From the human T2T-CHM13v2.0 reference genome, Homo sapiens, in NCBI RefSeq assembly GCF_009914755.1, contig NC_060928.1: a stretch of DNA of 64,000 bases, one strand, 5' to 3'. The notes beneath the pieces were generated by a model that saw only the letters and a list, made by a program, of their open reading frames with translations, had not been told where the DNA came from and did no database searches. Each line of letters starts with the position of its first letter. Position 1 is the first letter of the stretch. Positions 1 through 13,272 of the stretch are shown piece after piece. Position numbers and translations under genes: made by a program.

Positions 1-1407
1 AAACATGCACATTGCAAAATAAATGAAGGCATGTGTCAGAAATAAAGAGGCTTGAGTGTGATGTGTTCACCTCTTTGTGGTGACTGTTAGGTATTACAGC
101 TTCCCCAGCAGGAACATCATCCCTCCTACCCCCGTCAACATTCTATGTCACTTTTAGTTTTTTCTGACATCAAGAGCAAAATTAGCTACATTAAAATTGT
201 TAGTCTTTTTTTGAAGAAGCATTTGATGTTTTGTATATATAAATAAGGATATTTATTTCATATAAATTTAAGCATCCCTATGGCTAGCCAATAAAAATTG
301 GAAATATTTGTTACACATTTTAGAATTTACTCATTCTCTAATAGTGGCCAAAGAGTCTCAGATATGGAACTACTTTAGGCAATCACAAGGAGAGGCTGAT
401 AGAAATTGTGCTTCACTTAGTACGTGCAGTATTTTTAAAATTACTCTAAAGCCATACTATGTTTTCTGGTTACAATAGCCTCCTTTATGTGGATTTGGTA
501 AGATTGGCCTTAATTGACTTGCGGTTTTAGTATTTTAGCTTTGAAAAATCCTGAAATTACTTGAACTTCTTTTCAAATTCTAAGGTTGAGAACCTTTTGT
601 TTTTCAAACAGAAGACTTCCCAGAAACAGAATCATCCTTGATTTGCTTAGTTTCCTCAGTACTAGGGACATTTCAAAGGTCTAGGAATAGATACAGTTTA
701 CAGACATCACTTCTCCTTGTTAAAACACTTTGTATTAATATAAAATATTTTTTGCTAATGCATGAAAAGGTATTAATTCAGTTTTAAAAGATGTGTATTA
801 ATCCATGTGTGTAATTAATTGCTTCCAAGTGCTCCAAGGTCCTTTCAAGCAGTTCTCTTTAGTTAGTTCTCATAATATTTGCAAGAAGCGAGGGGATAGT
901 CTTTTGATGTTTATTTTATTGAAAGAGGCATCTATATACCAAGCTGATAGACTATTTGGCAAAAATTATTAAGGACAAAAATGAACAGACTATATTGAAA
1001 GGAACTTGATCTCAAGAGTGAGGCAACCATCTATTAATACCTCTGTTTCTGTCTACCTCACAGTCCATAGAAGCATCTTGTTTACATAGTTATTCCTTTT
1101 CAGGGTGAAGGGAAACATAACTTTTCCTCCATTAATTAAAAAAAAGTTATTAGTAAGGTCATGCATGCTCACTAAAAAAACAAGCATCCAATGAAAATTG
1201 AAAGTCCATTATACCCTTCTTCATTTATTTCTATTACAAAGAGTTTAGAAGTTCATCAATTGACTAGTAAAGCATACTAGTTAGAGGTCACTAAGTTATT
1301 ATATCCTATATTTTAGTTTTAGATTTAGCCTTTATTTAAATGATTCCTCTTCATTCCTCTTTTTTCTTGTTATCATTTTTAAGTTGTATCCATTTTTTTC
1401 CTTCTAG

Positions 1408-1476
1408 TTTATACCCATGCCTGTACTCTATGGTGTGTTCCTGTATATGGGAGTAGCATCCCTTAATGGTGTGCAG
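1408..1476 (+). CDS. SLC4A4: SLC4A4 (NBCe1) internal coding exon, FIPMPVLYGVFLYMGVASLNGVQ
   Basis: 69 nt (23 codons), phase 0/0. Acceptor ttttttccttctag and donor CAG|gtaagt. Translation is the SLC4-family late transmembrane motif PMPVLYGVFLYMG. Confidence 0.97.
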
Positions 1477-2023
1477 GTAAGTTTTTGAATAGCAATGTAA
1501 GTACAGTAGTGTTTTTCTAGTAGTAAGAATAGTCCAGTAACAGATCTTTGAAGAAAAGTGCTAATCATTATTAACTGCTGAGTTTTTAAAATGCATTTAT
1601 TTTCTACTTCACCATTCACCTGCTTTTCATTTCTGGTTTAATCAACAAGTTAGCCAGTATTAAGAAAAGTTGCCATACATACCCATTGTTTAAATAGGCT
1701 GTTAAAAGTCATTTAACCAAGAAAGCAAGAGGCTATAATCTTTCTTTTCCTTCCCCTTACCCATCTTTATCTCCTTTTTACTGTCTCAGGAAGGATACCT
1801 AACTCTTTCTGTGTGTTCTTAAAGATAGTGTTTATCCATTTGCCTTAACTCTATACTAAAAACAGGCTATTGATTTGCTTTTCACACGGCTATGATCAAT
1901 AATCAAAAGTTTTTTTACCAATAAAAGAATAAAGTCAATGTGGTTGATGTATTGCTTTTGTTGAAAACTTCAGCTATTCATAACTTTGGGAAAACTGACA
2001 CACTTTTAATAAAATCATTATCA

Positions 2024-2147
2024 ACTGGGCATGGTGGTGCACACTTTTAATCTCAGCTACTTGGGAGGCTGAGGTGAAAGGTTCACTTGAACCTGAGTTT
2101 TAGTCCAGCCTCAACAACATAGTGAGACCCTGTCTCTTTAAAAAAAC
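2024..2147 (+). mobile_element. Free Alu monomer (FLAM-like)
   Basis: ctgggcatggtggtgcacac...cagctacttgggaggctgagg...agtgagaccctgtctc followed by an A-tail; single ~125-bp arm. Confidence 0.85.
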
Positions 2148-3979
2148 CAAATCATTAGGGAGAACTTTGTAAGGGACTTTGTCTTTCAATTGGGTTTTAA
2201 TTAAATTGGCACCAGGAAACTGGAAGTACTTATGCTGTTTTCTGGCACCTTGTTAACTGCAGCCTTATTTAGCACTTAGTAATATTTTAATGGGAAAAGA
2301 CTGCATGTCCTGTGAACATCATAAGAATTTATTTGAACCCCTTCAAAATAGTCCTTGCTTTTGCTTATTGAATTCAGATTAATTTGGTTTTAAAGTCAGA
2401 TAGAACTGGGCAAGTGGCCAGACTACCAAAAAGAGAAAAGGCTACTTTACTTTTCTCTGTTTAGGTCTGCTGAGTAGAGTTCGTCATCTTTTGGATATTT
2501 GTTACAAAATACAAGGTGGTTCTTCATAGAGTGGACTAGATGAATGTGAGTTTATTTGTGCTCATGAAACTTTTGGGAAGCATAAATCTGTAAAAATATT
2601 TTATTTTTACCTGCCATTGTAAATATTCTTTATTTCCCAAAATGGAAAAATGTGAAACAGAAATGGCCCACAGACAAATAGTTCTTATTTTTATTTGCTC
2701 TTAATTACCTGGTCTAGATCAGAAGTTTAATTCTATGTGTTTTAGGGGCTTTATTGGTTGAAACTCAGTGCATGTTTATTTAATTAAAAAGAAGAAAAAA
2801 TCAACCACATAATAATGATGGGGAAAAACAACCAGGGTCCAGCTAGTAGATTTCTTAAATTCTGCAATGCTATTGCCCCTAATGGCTTTTCTCTTTCTTT
2901 CTTTCTCGATTCTCCCTTGTTTAGACCTTTTTGGTAAGATTTCATTTAGAAAATTTTGTAATTTGTAAAGAAATTTTGTAACCCAAACTTTATAAATGAG
3001 AAGGTCCTCACCAGTCAAAAATAGTTCTAGAGGGAAAAAGAAAACCCTTTAAGTAGGAAATCACTAGAGAAGATTGTGATGGTCTAATTTACTTTTGCAC
3101 TTCTTTCCCTCCAGAAAGAAAATAGAGATATTATTTCAGAGTTCATATTGCATGATTATTCAATTCAATAGCTATTTACTGAGCATCTTTCATTGAAAGA
3201 TCCTGTGATAGGTTCTTGAATATCTTCCCATTCGTCACTGGCAAGGTCAATTCGGCAGTTATTCTTTGAAGCACAGCACCTGACACACAGATGCTCAGTA
3301 GTTATTTCAATAGCTGTTTATACATCACCATACGATAGCATCCCTTAGATTCAGATGTTGACCCTGAAACTCACTGTAGTATTCATATGGCTTTTCTCTG
3401 AAAAGAAATGGTGATAGATTGCTGAGTGTATTAGTCAAAGTATGCCACTCAGATAAGTAATATGGAATTTATGAAAACATAATGTATTCCCATTTTTAAG
3501 TTGGATACTTCCTTTATATCCTTAAAACATTCTGGAAATGTATTAATATATGATGCATAGTGTCATCTCCTCTTTGTTCAGATAAGACAACTGAGGCAGA
3601 GTAAGATACATGAGCTAGACATCTTCCTTCAGCATATTAGTACTAAAATAGGCAAAAGATCCACTTTCCTGAGACTCAGAGAGTAAAAATAGAAATTAGG
3701 AGATGAGCTCCTAGAATTTTTTTTCTTTGTGACCTTATTCTTTAGTGGCCACTTTTTCTTATACATCTACATAACATTCCCGCAATATAATAATAAAGAT
3801 TTGAAGACTTGTGCTTTAGTGTGCTTGACTAAATTTCTGCATTCCTTGACCATTCCTTTGTCCTCTGAAAAGGACACTGCTTGCCTAAATTATAGAATAT
3901 AAATCAGTAGTGATTAGTTAGGCATAGTGGAAATGTAATGCAGTAATGCAGTTGGACTCCTTTCCTCTTTCCTCCCCAG

Positions 3980-4153
3980 TTCATGGATCGTCTGAAGCTG
4001 CTTCTGATGCCTCTGAAGCATCAGCCTGACTTCATCTACCTGCGTCATGTTCCTCTGCGCAGAGTCCACCTGTTCACTTTCCTGCAGGTGTTGTGTCTGG
4101 CCCTGCTTTGGATCCTCAAGTCAACGGTGGCTGCTATCATTTTTCCAGTAATG
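3980..4153 (+). CDS. SLC4A4: SLC4A4 coding exon, [58 protein letters not shown]
   Basis: 174 nt, phase 0/0. Acceptor ctttcctccccag and donor ATG|gtaggg. Contains the SLC4 [19 protein letters not shown] motif and overlaps ORF 3983..4195. Confidence 0.97.
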
Positions 4154-4319
4154 GTAGGGATTCCTTTAATTGAATGTACCTGTGAGATTATATGAGTATC
4201 ATGTGGTTATTGTTATATGGAAGACACACATGTCTTTTATGTGTTGTTCCAAATTTTTCCAGCTTTGACCTCATCACTTTGATCAGTTGTAATTTACATT
4301 TCCCATGTTTATGGTTGTC

Positions 4320-4520
4320 TAGGATGGACCTTAGAATCAGGCTCACCTAAGTTCAGATACTGGCCCTGGTTCATGCTCAGCAGTAAACTTCTTTGAACTA
4401 CTATTACCTCATCAGTAAAATGGGAGTTGCATTGTTGTTTTTCTGAGCATCAAAAATTAATATCAAGCATGTAGCACAATGCCTGACACATAGTAGACAC
4501 CAGTGCATGTTAATTACTTT
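4320..4520. mobile_element. MIR fragment
   Basis: Degenerate MIR core (cctcatcagtaaaatggg...gtagcacaatgcctgacacatagtag). Boundaries approximate. Confidence 0.6.
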
Positions 4521-5599
4521 TTAAATGTTGTATAATAGAATTAATCTAAGTAAGAGTGTAGGACATTTCAGTTCAAGTAATAAAGAAGTGCTTGGCAACT
4601 TGTGAGAACTCATCCAGTACATTAGAGGAAATGGAGTGAGAAGTTCACTTTTTACATTTCTTGTGGTTTGCATAATGGTAAGTTTAAAGATAAGGTGGGA
4701 CTCTCTATCCTTGTCATAGTATGATGAGAAACAAGGTAAAGCAACTAACGTTTCACTCTGAGTCACAAGTGAAAGAAGAGAAAAAGGAGTTCTGTATTTG
4801 GCATCACTACTGAATTTTATACTTTACCATAACTCTTTACTTCTTGCAAGAAAATGCATATATGTACACTTAAAACAAGTCACAAAGGGAGCCTCAAATC
4901 TGTTTTATCTCCCCCACAGCTTTGAAAACAGAATTTTCCTACACTTACCACATTTTATTTTTATAAGAATCCTCTTACTCTTAGCCAGGATTATTATTTT
5001 ATTTTTCATATTTGTTGTTTGAAATTTTTTTCGTCCAAGGATGCAAGAAAAAATGGATATTAAATACTAGTGATATTTGTTAGGTCAGATTTTTTTCTTA
5101 ATGGTGGCTTATGTCTTTCTTTCCTTTTTTTAAAAAAAAACTATATTAACTTACTGAAAAGCACACTGAGTATGAGAAACACTCAAATATACCTATTAGT
5201 GTTATCTGCCTACCTACAAATTTTGCTGAAACCAAGAAAATTGAAGCTAGACCAGGATACATTTGAATTATATCCAATAAATCACTTTTTGCTTGTGCTA
5301 AATAATAATTTTAAAATGGTTTACTTTTCCAAAGTGTTTTTGTCTTTTCAGAACTTTTATTTGGTCACAAAATAATTCTGTAATAGAAGTTAGGACAGAT
5401 GTTATTTATTTCTCTAGGTGATGAGGAAACTGTCATATAGAGAGCATGATGCTGATAAAGACAACTGCTTAATTTGAAGCAAGTCAGGATGCCTATAACT
5501 TGCTGCATATTAATTTTAATATAGAATAAAGATATCTTTAATGTACCTTCAGAAGTTATTCTTCAAGAGCAATTCATAGAACCAAAAATACACAGGTCA

Positions 5600-5850
5600 A
5601 GAATATTTGTTTTGGAAGCAGACAACTGGGACCCTTTGTATTATTCAGTTATCTGGGTTCATCTCCCTCACAGACATTAAGGACCTTGGACAACATACTT
5701 AATGTCTCTAACCTTCAATTTCCTCAGCTGTATGATAAAAATAATAATACCTATTTTGGGGGTTTGTTCTGAAGAATAAATGAGATAATATTGCCTGAGA
5801 GTTTAACATAATGTCTGGGACATGTTAAATATTCAGTTAACGGTGGTGAT
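5600..5850. mobile_element. MIR fragment
   Basis: gaccttggacaacatacttaatgtctct...tttcctcagctgt...ataataatacctat...ataaatgagataata. Boundaries approximate. Confidence 0.6.
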
Positions 5851-6360
5851 TGAAGTAGCCCAGTGAATGAAATGGTCTATGCATATTCAAATACTACCTC
5901 ATTGTGAATACTTTGAAGATGTCTTAGTGTTATATGTGTCGTACAGATTTTCTTGATTGCTAAAAACCTTTATGATGTTTTAATTTTTAATACTTAGAAA
6001 TCATATGCCAGCTATTTTTTTACTTTAAACTTTTAATTATTTTATTTAAAATCTCACATGGAAGGCAATGGCTTTGAAAAACAATCTTTTCACATTAAAA
6101 TTCTAATTGAATGTGATCATGCATTTTGGTGAACAAAACAAAGTGAGTTTCAACTAAGACTTTTATAAAACAACTTTCCCCATGTAGAAAATTATGAGAG
6201 TTCACTCGGTATAAGTCCATACCGTCAAGATCAGGTCTGTCATACTCTATCTAGCCTTACACAAAGTAGGTTTCTGTGGTCTTTGATAGGAGAGTATCTA
6301 TGCTTGCTGTGACTTCATCTGACATGGTTTCTTTCATACTTTTAATATTTGCTCTTTCAG

Positions 6361-6522
6361 ATCTTGGCACTTGTAGCTGTCAGAAAAGGCATGGACTACC
6401 TCTTCTCCCAGCATGACCTCAGCTTCCTGGATGATGTCATTCCAGAAAAGGACAAGAAAAAGAAGGAGGATGAGAAGAAAAAGAAAAAGAAGAAGGGAAG
6501 TCTGGACAGTGACAATGATGAT
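6361..6522 (+). CDS. SLC4A4: SLC4A4 coding exon: end of last TM helix and Lys-rich proximal C-tail ([54 protein letters not shown])
   Basis: 162 nt, phase 0/0. Acceptor gctctttcag and donor GAT|gtaagg. Overlaps ORF 6349..6597. Confidence 0.97.
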
Positions 6523-8737
6523 GTAAGGAACTTTCCAAATTCCAAAGGAAAGCTAGTTAAAGAAACAAATGTGAAAATTGTCCCTTTTTATACCTGATGT
6601 GAAATGGAGGGCTGAGTTCTAAGAATGTTTATCTGGACATGTGGTGTATTACTCATTTCACCTCCCTTTGCCCTTTATATTCTCTCTTTGGTTTTTTATG
6701 TTTTCTGAATTCTTTCTGTAACCATTAATACACTAATAATGACATAATGACTAATAATGACTTCTAAAAAATTTAAAAACCCACCACATTAAAAAAATTC
6801 TGATCTCATAGATATAAAGGAAGTTTGCTTAGTAATGCTATAAAATGTATTTGGTTTCTATTAATAACCCAGGGCTTATATTTGAGATAATAACTCAATT
6901 TTATGTAATTTTAAGCCTAATGTGGATAGATGTCAATGATCTCACTTCACGTGATCTGTGAATCTATTTGAGTAGGCTCTCCACCAAAGTTCTATGCTGT
7001 TATATTAATATTAGCATTATATTTATACTGATATGATTCAGCATTATTTTTCTGTAGTTCTTCAATAGAAAGAAAAGGGAATGGGAGTTTGGGGTCTTTT
7101 TACATAATTATAGTGGTTAGTGTCATAGTCCAGAGGGTCCTCCTCCAATTAGGTGATTAAGTTGAGAAGTAAAATTGTTGCCCAGTTTTTTCTTTAGGAG
7201 ACCAGCTCACAGAAATACAGATTCTCCAGCAGGGATCTGTAATCAGTACTAGGAGGAAAACTGGGATTTGTTTACTTTAACACATGCGGACACCTTATTC
7301 CAGTAGCCTTTTGAAAAGATTGCCAAAATAATGTTTTCCATTTGAAAATTTGCTCTGGATTTTACACAGTGCAGTATCACAAATGATTTTTTGTGCCTCA
7401 TTACCCATTCTAAAGTAGGAATATTGTTAATTGTTAGTTTCTACTTAGTACTTGATAACTTTGATTGATCATTGCATACTTTATCCTTAATTGTCTCAAT
7501 AGCTTGTTATCACATTATTTATTTTTGTTCCCATTTTACAGATGAGGAGATTTAGACTGAGAAATGTTAAATATGTTTTAGAAATTTTAAAGCTTTATTG
7601 AGGTACGATTGACAAATAAAATTGTATATATGTAAGGTGATGCTTTGACATATATAAGTCATTTTTCTAATTGTACACAGCCATAGTGGCAAGGCCAAAA
7701 CTCAAATCCAGGCCTCTCTGGTTATTTCTAACTGGTCAGGCTATCTGATTGTATTCTTTTTGTAGAACTTGGAAATAGTACAGTGAAAGAAGGCAAGAGA
7801 CAGAATTGGATTTCACATAAATTGATTCAATAAGAAAAAGGCTTAATGCATGAGGCACATTTAGCTAAAGAGAAAAAGAGGTGAAAAGAGCTTTATGTCT
7901 GTCATCATCCATCTGCAATGAGAACAGGTATATAGACTTTGTTTCCAATGATGACAGAAAAAGAATGTGTTTAAACTACAGAAGAGACTAAGACGTAATA
8001 GTCCAAAGAACGATGTGTTTACACATTTAATAGAAATTAAAATTTGAAATGAATTTCTGGACCACTCAAGACCAAAAAAATAAAAGGCTGCCTGAAATAT
8101 TAAAATAATTAAAGCAGTATTTTGTCCAAAATAAATATGTCAACTTATGTACCTGGACATCAAATTTAAAGTTCATTACACATTATGAGTGTATGAAGTC
8201 GGGGATTATGGAATCCCCCTCTGTAATGATTTTTGAGAAAAAATAGTAAAATATCAGCTTTGGAGAATGTTTTAAATGTACTGCTCTCTAGTGACAAAAG
8301 TTGGATCAAAAGAACTCCTTAGAAGTTCTTCCAATTCTTAGATATGATTTCCAACAAATCCTATTTCATTTAAAGTGTTTTTTTGTATTAATATTTACCA
8401 TGTTCAACTCTGTGTTTCCAACAGATTTCTTGAAGCCAAAGTGTCGTACTTGTTTTTTACCTCTTCCTCTTCATCCTACCCTTTCCAAAACAAACAAACA
8501 AATAAACATATACATTGGTTCCTAGGCAGTGAATCCAGCTAGGCAATTTAGAGTACGTCTGTGCAGTATGTTCTGTGTGTTGAACTCATTATTTAGGGGC
8601 TCCACATTACAAATGTGGTTCTCCTAAGTTTACTTCTTAGTCATAGGGTTTGGGGCCCATGGATATAGGGAGTCATGCGGGGACATGGGGGTTACAGCTA
8701 TAATATAATATTTATGAGCACAAATAGTGAAAATTAT

Positions 8738-9047
8738 AGCTCTTCTTGTTACATTGATCCCTTTACCATTATGTAATGCCCTTCTTTGTCTTTTTTGATC
8801 TTTGTTGGTTTAAAATTTGTTTTATCAGAGAGTAGGATTGCAACCACTGCTTTTTTTTTTCTTTCCATTTGCTTGGTAAATATTTCTCCATCCCTTTATT
8901 TTGAGCCTATGTGTGTCTTTGCATGTGAGATGGGTCTCCTGAATACAGCACACCGATGGGTCTTGATTCTATCCAATTTGCCAGTCTGTGTCTTTTAATT
9001 GGGGCATTTAGCCCCTTTACATTTAAGATTAATATTGTTTATGTGTG
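8738..9047 (-). mobile_element. L1P fragment (start of ORF2, endonuclease region)
   Basis: Reverse complement of L1 ORF2 5' region (attgatccctttaccattatgtaatg...gtgagatgggtctcctgaatacagcacaccgatgggtcttg). Confidence 0.85.
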
Positions 9048-10063
9048 GCATCTTTATTTTTTTTTCTTTTTTGCTCGTTGAATGCATTATCTTAGTTCTC
9101 TAAAAGGATACTGTTGTTCATTAACCTCTTTAGCGTCATAAATAAAGGAATTTTCCATGTAGGTAATAGGCTTTATGTTAAGATTTTATTAACATTAATT
9201 CTCATTTTATTTTCAACTAAAAATCATCTTTTTGGTACTTTTAATTAAGAGATATATTGGGTCTTTCAGCCCAAACATAGACTTGGAATCAATATAATGC
9301 ATTTAAAAAAAACAAAGTGGTAATCTTTGGGAAATCTATTATAATTTGGGCTAGGTGGCTTGTTCTTTAAGCAGTCCCATGATTAGCTGCCTGGTTTTGT
9401 CATTTCCATTATGATTCTCTGCTTATCTGACCATCATAGACACCTTTTTAAACATTTTATTTTCTTATGTTTTGCTTACATTTTCAGATATCTTTGGCAC
9501 AAGCTAATTGAAATGAACCTTTATCCATAAAATAGTACTTAAAGTAAGAGAGGAAAGTTTATTTTCTAGTGTACATAGAAGGCTTCTTGATAGTGGATAT
9601 ATAAAAAGTCTGTCACTTGTTCTAGAAGGAAAGATCGGTCATGATTTTCCTAGAGACGGAATCAGCATAAACAAAACAAGAATTTCAAGACCGTATTATA
9701 ACCTGGGAAGTTTCCTATGTTTAATCTGTTTTTGCATTGAGATCATTTGCTTCACACATACAACTCATAAACATTGCTGATTGGGAGTCTGATAGAAAGC
9801 TTTACAATTCAGTTGTAGATCGATCTCTATTTTGTGCAGTTCTAGTTTTAATTGACTCAATACCATTAACTTAGAAGAGTGGAAAACAAATGTGAGGGGG
9901 AAAGAAGGAATGCAGTTAAAAGATAGCAAACTGGAAGTAATTATAAGGCTTTTCTCCTTAGTGGTATGTAAATGATTATAGAAAACAGTTTGATCGATGC
10001 TAGGAAATAGGAAGGGCTGTATAATAAAAACATTCTAAAACCTCTTGTACATTTTTTTCACAG

Positions 10064-10160
10064 TCTGACTGCCCATACTCAGAAAAAGTTCCAAGTATTA
10101 AAATTCCAATGGACATCATGGAACAGCAACCTTTCCTAAGCGATAGCAAACCTTCTGACA
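10064..10160 (+). CDS. SLC4A4: SLC4A4 97-nt cassette exon (included in NBCe1-A/B, skipped in NBCe1-C): [32 protein letters not shown]
   Basis: Acceptor atttttttcacag and donor A|gtgagt. Length is 97 nt (not a multiple of 3), matching the known 97-bp cassette. Contains the QQPFLS motif. Missed by the ORF track. Confidence 0.96.
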
Positions 10161-11082
10161 GTGAGTAGAACTAACCTCTTGCATGCTTGCTTGAATATGA
10201 TTTGCACTTACAGAGAAAACACTTTAGAATGGCCATCTGCATTAACTTTCCCTCAATTTTGTTTTTCCTTTTTCTATGAGAAGATTTACACTTAATTATA
10301 ATAAAACTTTGTTTTTACATACCCTAAGCTTCATTCTTCCTTTTATCCATAAACTTTTAAATTTTTATTTGGTAGTCTTTTCTCTTACCCAAATCATCCC
10401 CAGTTTTTCCAATGGCTAAATTAATAACCATGTTTTTAATTGATTTTTCTTTTTTTTTCTGTTGGTATTGAGAATTGCAGCTTATAATACTACATCACTG
10501 TCACTGTCTTCCTTAGGTTTTAACTAGTGATCAAATCAGCTCAAAAGAGAAATTGCATCATTGGTCTCTCAGTGATCAATAAATCAATTGTTAATATTGA
10601 GAATTTGGAAAAATTTAATTTTGATTAAATTAGCAATCATGAAGTATTAGTACAACTTTCTAGATATAACTTATATGCATTTGCTTTCTAATCTCTTCAT
10701 TCTCCCTTTTGCTATTTCAAAATTATTATTATAACTGCACTGATCTTTCTAGGGTGATAGCCTGGTGGCTACGGTGCAATGGTTTGTGACATTTTTCTCT
10801 TCTGTAATTGAATTAACAGGCCACTTAGTAATATTAGTGACCATTTCAGACTTTCCCAATAGCAGGTAGCAATTGCCATCAAGCTACTTTCTACTTTGCG
10901 TTCTCATTGAAGAAAATGCATCCTTTTAGATTCAGATGCACTTCAGAGTACACTGATGTGTTACAGAAAAAGACAGTTAAGACACTTTTATTTCTATTTT
11001 ACCATGCCACCTCAACTACAATAAGAGGTTACTGTTATCAAGAAAAGTTTGGAATGAATATCTATTGATAAAAAATAATGGG

Positions 11083-12374
11083 TATATTAGTTATCAATCA
11101 TTGAGTAACAAATTACGATAAAACTCAGCAGCTTAAAACAACAAACATGTTTTCTTACACAATTCCTCACATTCAGGAATGCAGGGGCAGCTGATTTTGG
11201 TTCTGGCTCAGAGTCTCTCATGAGATTGCCGTCAGAGCTGTCAAGCTGTCAGCTGGGGCTGAGTCTCTGAAGACTATTTTTTTTTTTTCCAGGAAGAAAT
11301 GAAAGGATGATTTGAAAATTATAGTATACTCCACAGTGTGGGAGTGGGCCCAAGAATAGGGACTCAAGGGCCCCATTACAAAATTTTTGGGAGTTTAAAT
11401 ACTCTCTACTTGGGGTACGCCCTATGTAAATGGAGAGGATGAAGTAAAGTTACAAACTCATTTATTTGGCCTACGCCCCATGGAGAAGATATTTCCTGTC
11501 ATAGCCGAAGTGTGAATTGGCCTTATGTTCCCTGCCTCCAGACACCGTTTTCCTGCCACATCTCCTCACTGAGAGATGTGATCTCCATACATCTTCATGG
11601 GAGGCAGAGGGACCGATGGTCTTTTTTCTGTAACTGCTTCATGCTGACTTGGGGCATACTCCTACCTATTGGGGATCCCTGAACTCTCACCCTGCTCTGT
11701 CTAGTGGAGGCAGGGTAGCTTCTTGATGGCCAGGGTGTTGTCTTCACCTGGAACTGGCTGGAACCTTTGTTGTGTGATCATCTGAAGCTGATGGTCTCTA
11801 GGCAAGAGGAAATGAATTTGGTTAAAAAGGGGAAATTTTTTTTAAACAAAAGTCTGGGAAGCCATTGTTTTGAACTAAGCTCATGCACTGGGCCCCAACA
11901 GACCAAACCAAAGCAAAATGAAGTCATTTGTGCTAAGACTGTAAGGAAACACGTGAATTCTAGAACAGAGCAGGTTTTGTTTCTTCTTCTGCAAATCTCT
12001 GTAACAAACATTCTTGACAGCATAGGTATCCACCCGCTGAGGTTCCCATTAAATATTTTAGTGTCTGAAGCTGGGTGTCTGCTTCCAAAAGCATACTCAT
12101 GGGGCCCTTGGGATGACCTTTGTTTTTTACCTGTGGGTATCTCCGTAGGGCTCCCCATGATATGGCCTCCCTCAGAGCCAGTGATAAAAGAGAAAGAAAC
12201 CAAGACAGAAGCTGCAGTCTTTTATAACTAAATCTCAGAAGTAACGGACCATTACTTCTGTCATATTCTGGTGGTTATGCAGCCCCACACTGTTAACACT
12301 GGGAAGGAATTACACAAAGTCATAAATACCAGGAGACAGGATCACTGAGAGCCATCTTGGAGGCTGGCTACCAG
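11083..12374 (-). mobile_element. Old MLT1-type MaLR LTR split by a nested insertion at ~11275-12059
   Basis: Left part: gtaacaaattac...gcttaaaacaacaaac...tctctcatgagattgc. Right part ends ccatcttggaggctggctacca, a typical MLT1 terminus. Confidence 0.7.
11277..12053 (-). mobile_element. ERV1-class fragment: env tail, polypurine tract, partial 3' LTR, poly(A) tail
   Basis: On the minus strand: env-like FLTKFISSCLETI(K)LQM, then AGTGAGGAGA, then LTR start TGTGGCAGGAAAAC at 11560, ending in A12 at 11277-11288. Confidence 0.7.
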
Positions 12375-13272
12375 CCTGGATTTGAAGAACAAAGAACTAA
12401 AGCAGTCTTACCTTTGGTGTCCAGTTTGTAACCTATAACTTGTAACCGAGGCTAATTTCTGCTAACCCCTATTAATGGGGTTTGGTTATGAATTTCTTTT
12501 TGAGTTTAAACTCCTCAAACCATGTTCTGACTTCATTTTTTATCCATGGAGCATTAATAGCAAAAGCACAGTCTAACAGACATGTGCCTAGCATGTATGT
12601 CTTCTGTTGGCATCATAACCTGGTATAGCCCCTTATAAAGAAATGTAAAAGCTATTTTTTAAAAAAATTACTAGCCAGAATTTGAGGCTCATGGAAAAAG
12701 TTTATGTGCCATTTGCCCTTCATCCTCTCAAAACCCCTTTTAAAGGATAAATTGCAAGTTGATATGATATTAGAAGTTTACTTAAACAAAATACACTTGA
12801 GCATTTTGCCTGAAATGTTTCCTAATGTCATGTTTATCTTTATAATCCATGATGAAAGAACAAAACTGATAGAAGTAGTGTTGCAGTATGAGTAAGTGCC
12901 TCAAAAAAAAAAATCTTTTTTTCCTTATGAACAACAGCAGGCAAACCTAGGAATACTGAAGATGGAAGGAAATCCAAAAGCAAGCCTTAGGCATTAAGAG
13001 AATGCTATCACCCTCTAAAAATGATTTGCTTCTTATCCTTCTCACTGACAAGACAACAGTGATCCATCCCAGAAAACCTAACGTAAAAGAGATGAAGTGA
13101 TTTTGTCTTCATCACACTAGAGTCTTAGCTTAATACCTTGTTTATTGAAATGCCTAAACTTGTCTTTTTTACTCTTACCAGTTATGGAAGATGCATCAAT
13201 TTTGTGAAGATTTTTGTTTTATACTTCACCAAAGATCTACCATTTATGTTTTTAAAAAATTTTATTTTCCAG

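Noticed and set aside
11767-12231. Overlapping 154-aa (+) and 141-aa (-) ORFs
   Set aside because: Both cross the ERV/MLT1 junction. Only a short env-like remnant is meaningful, and it is frameshifted.
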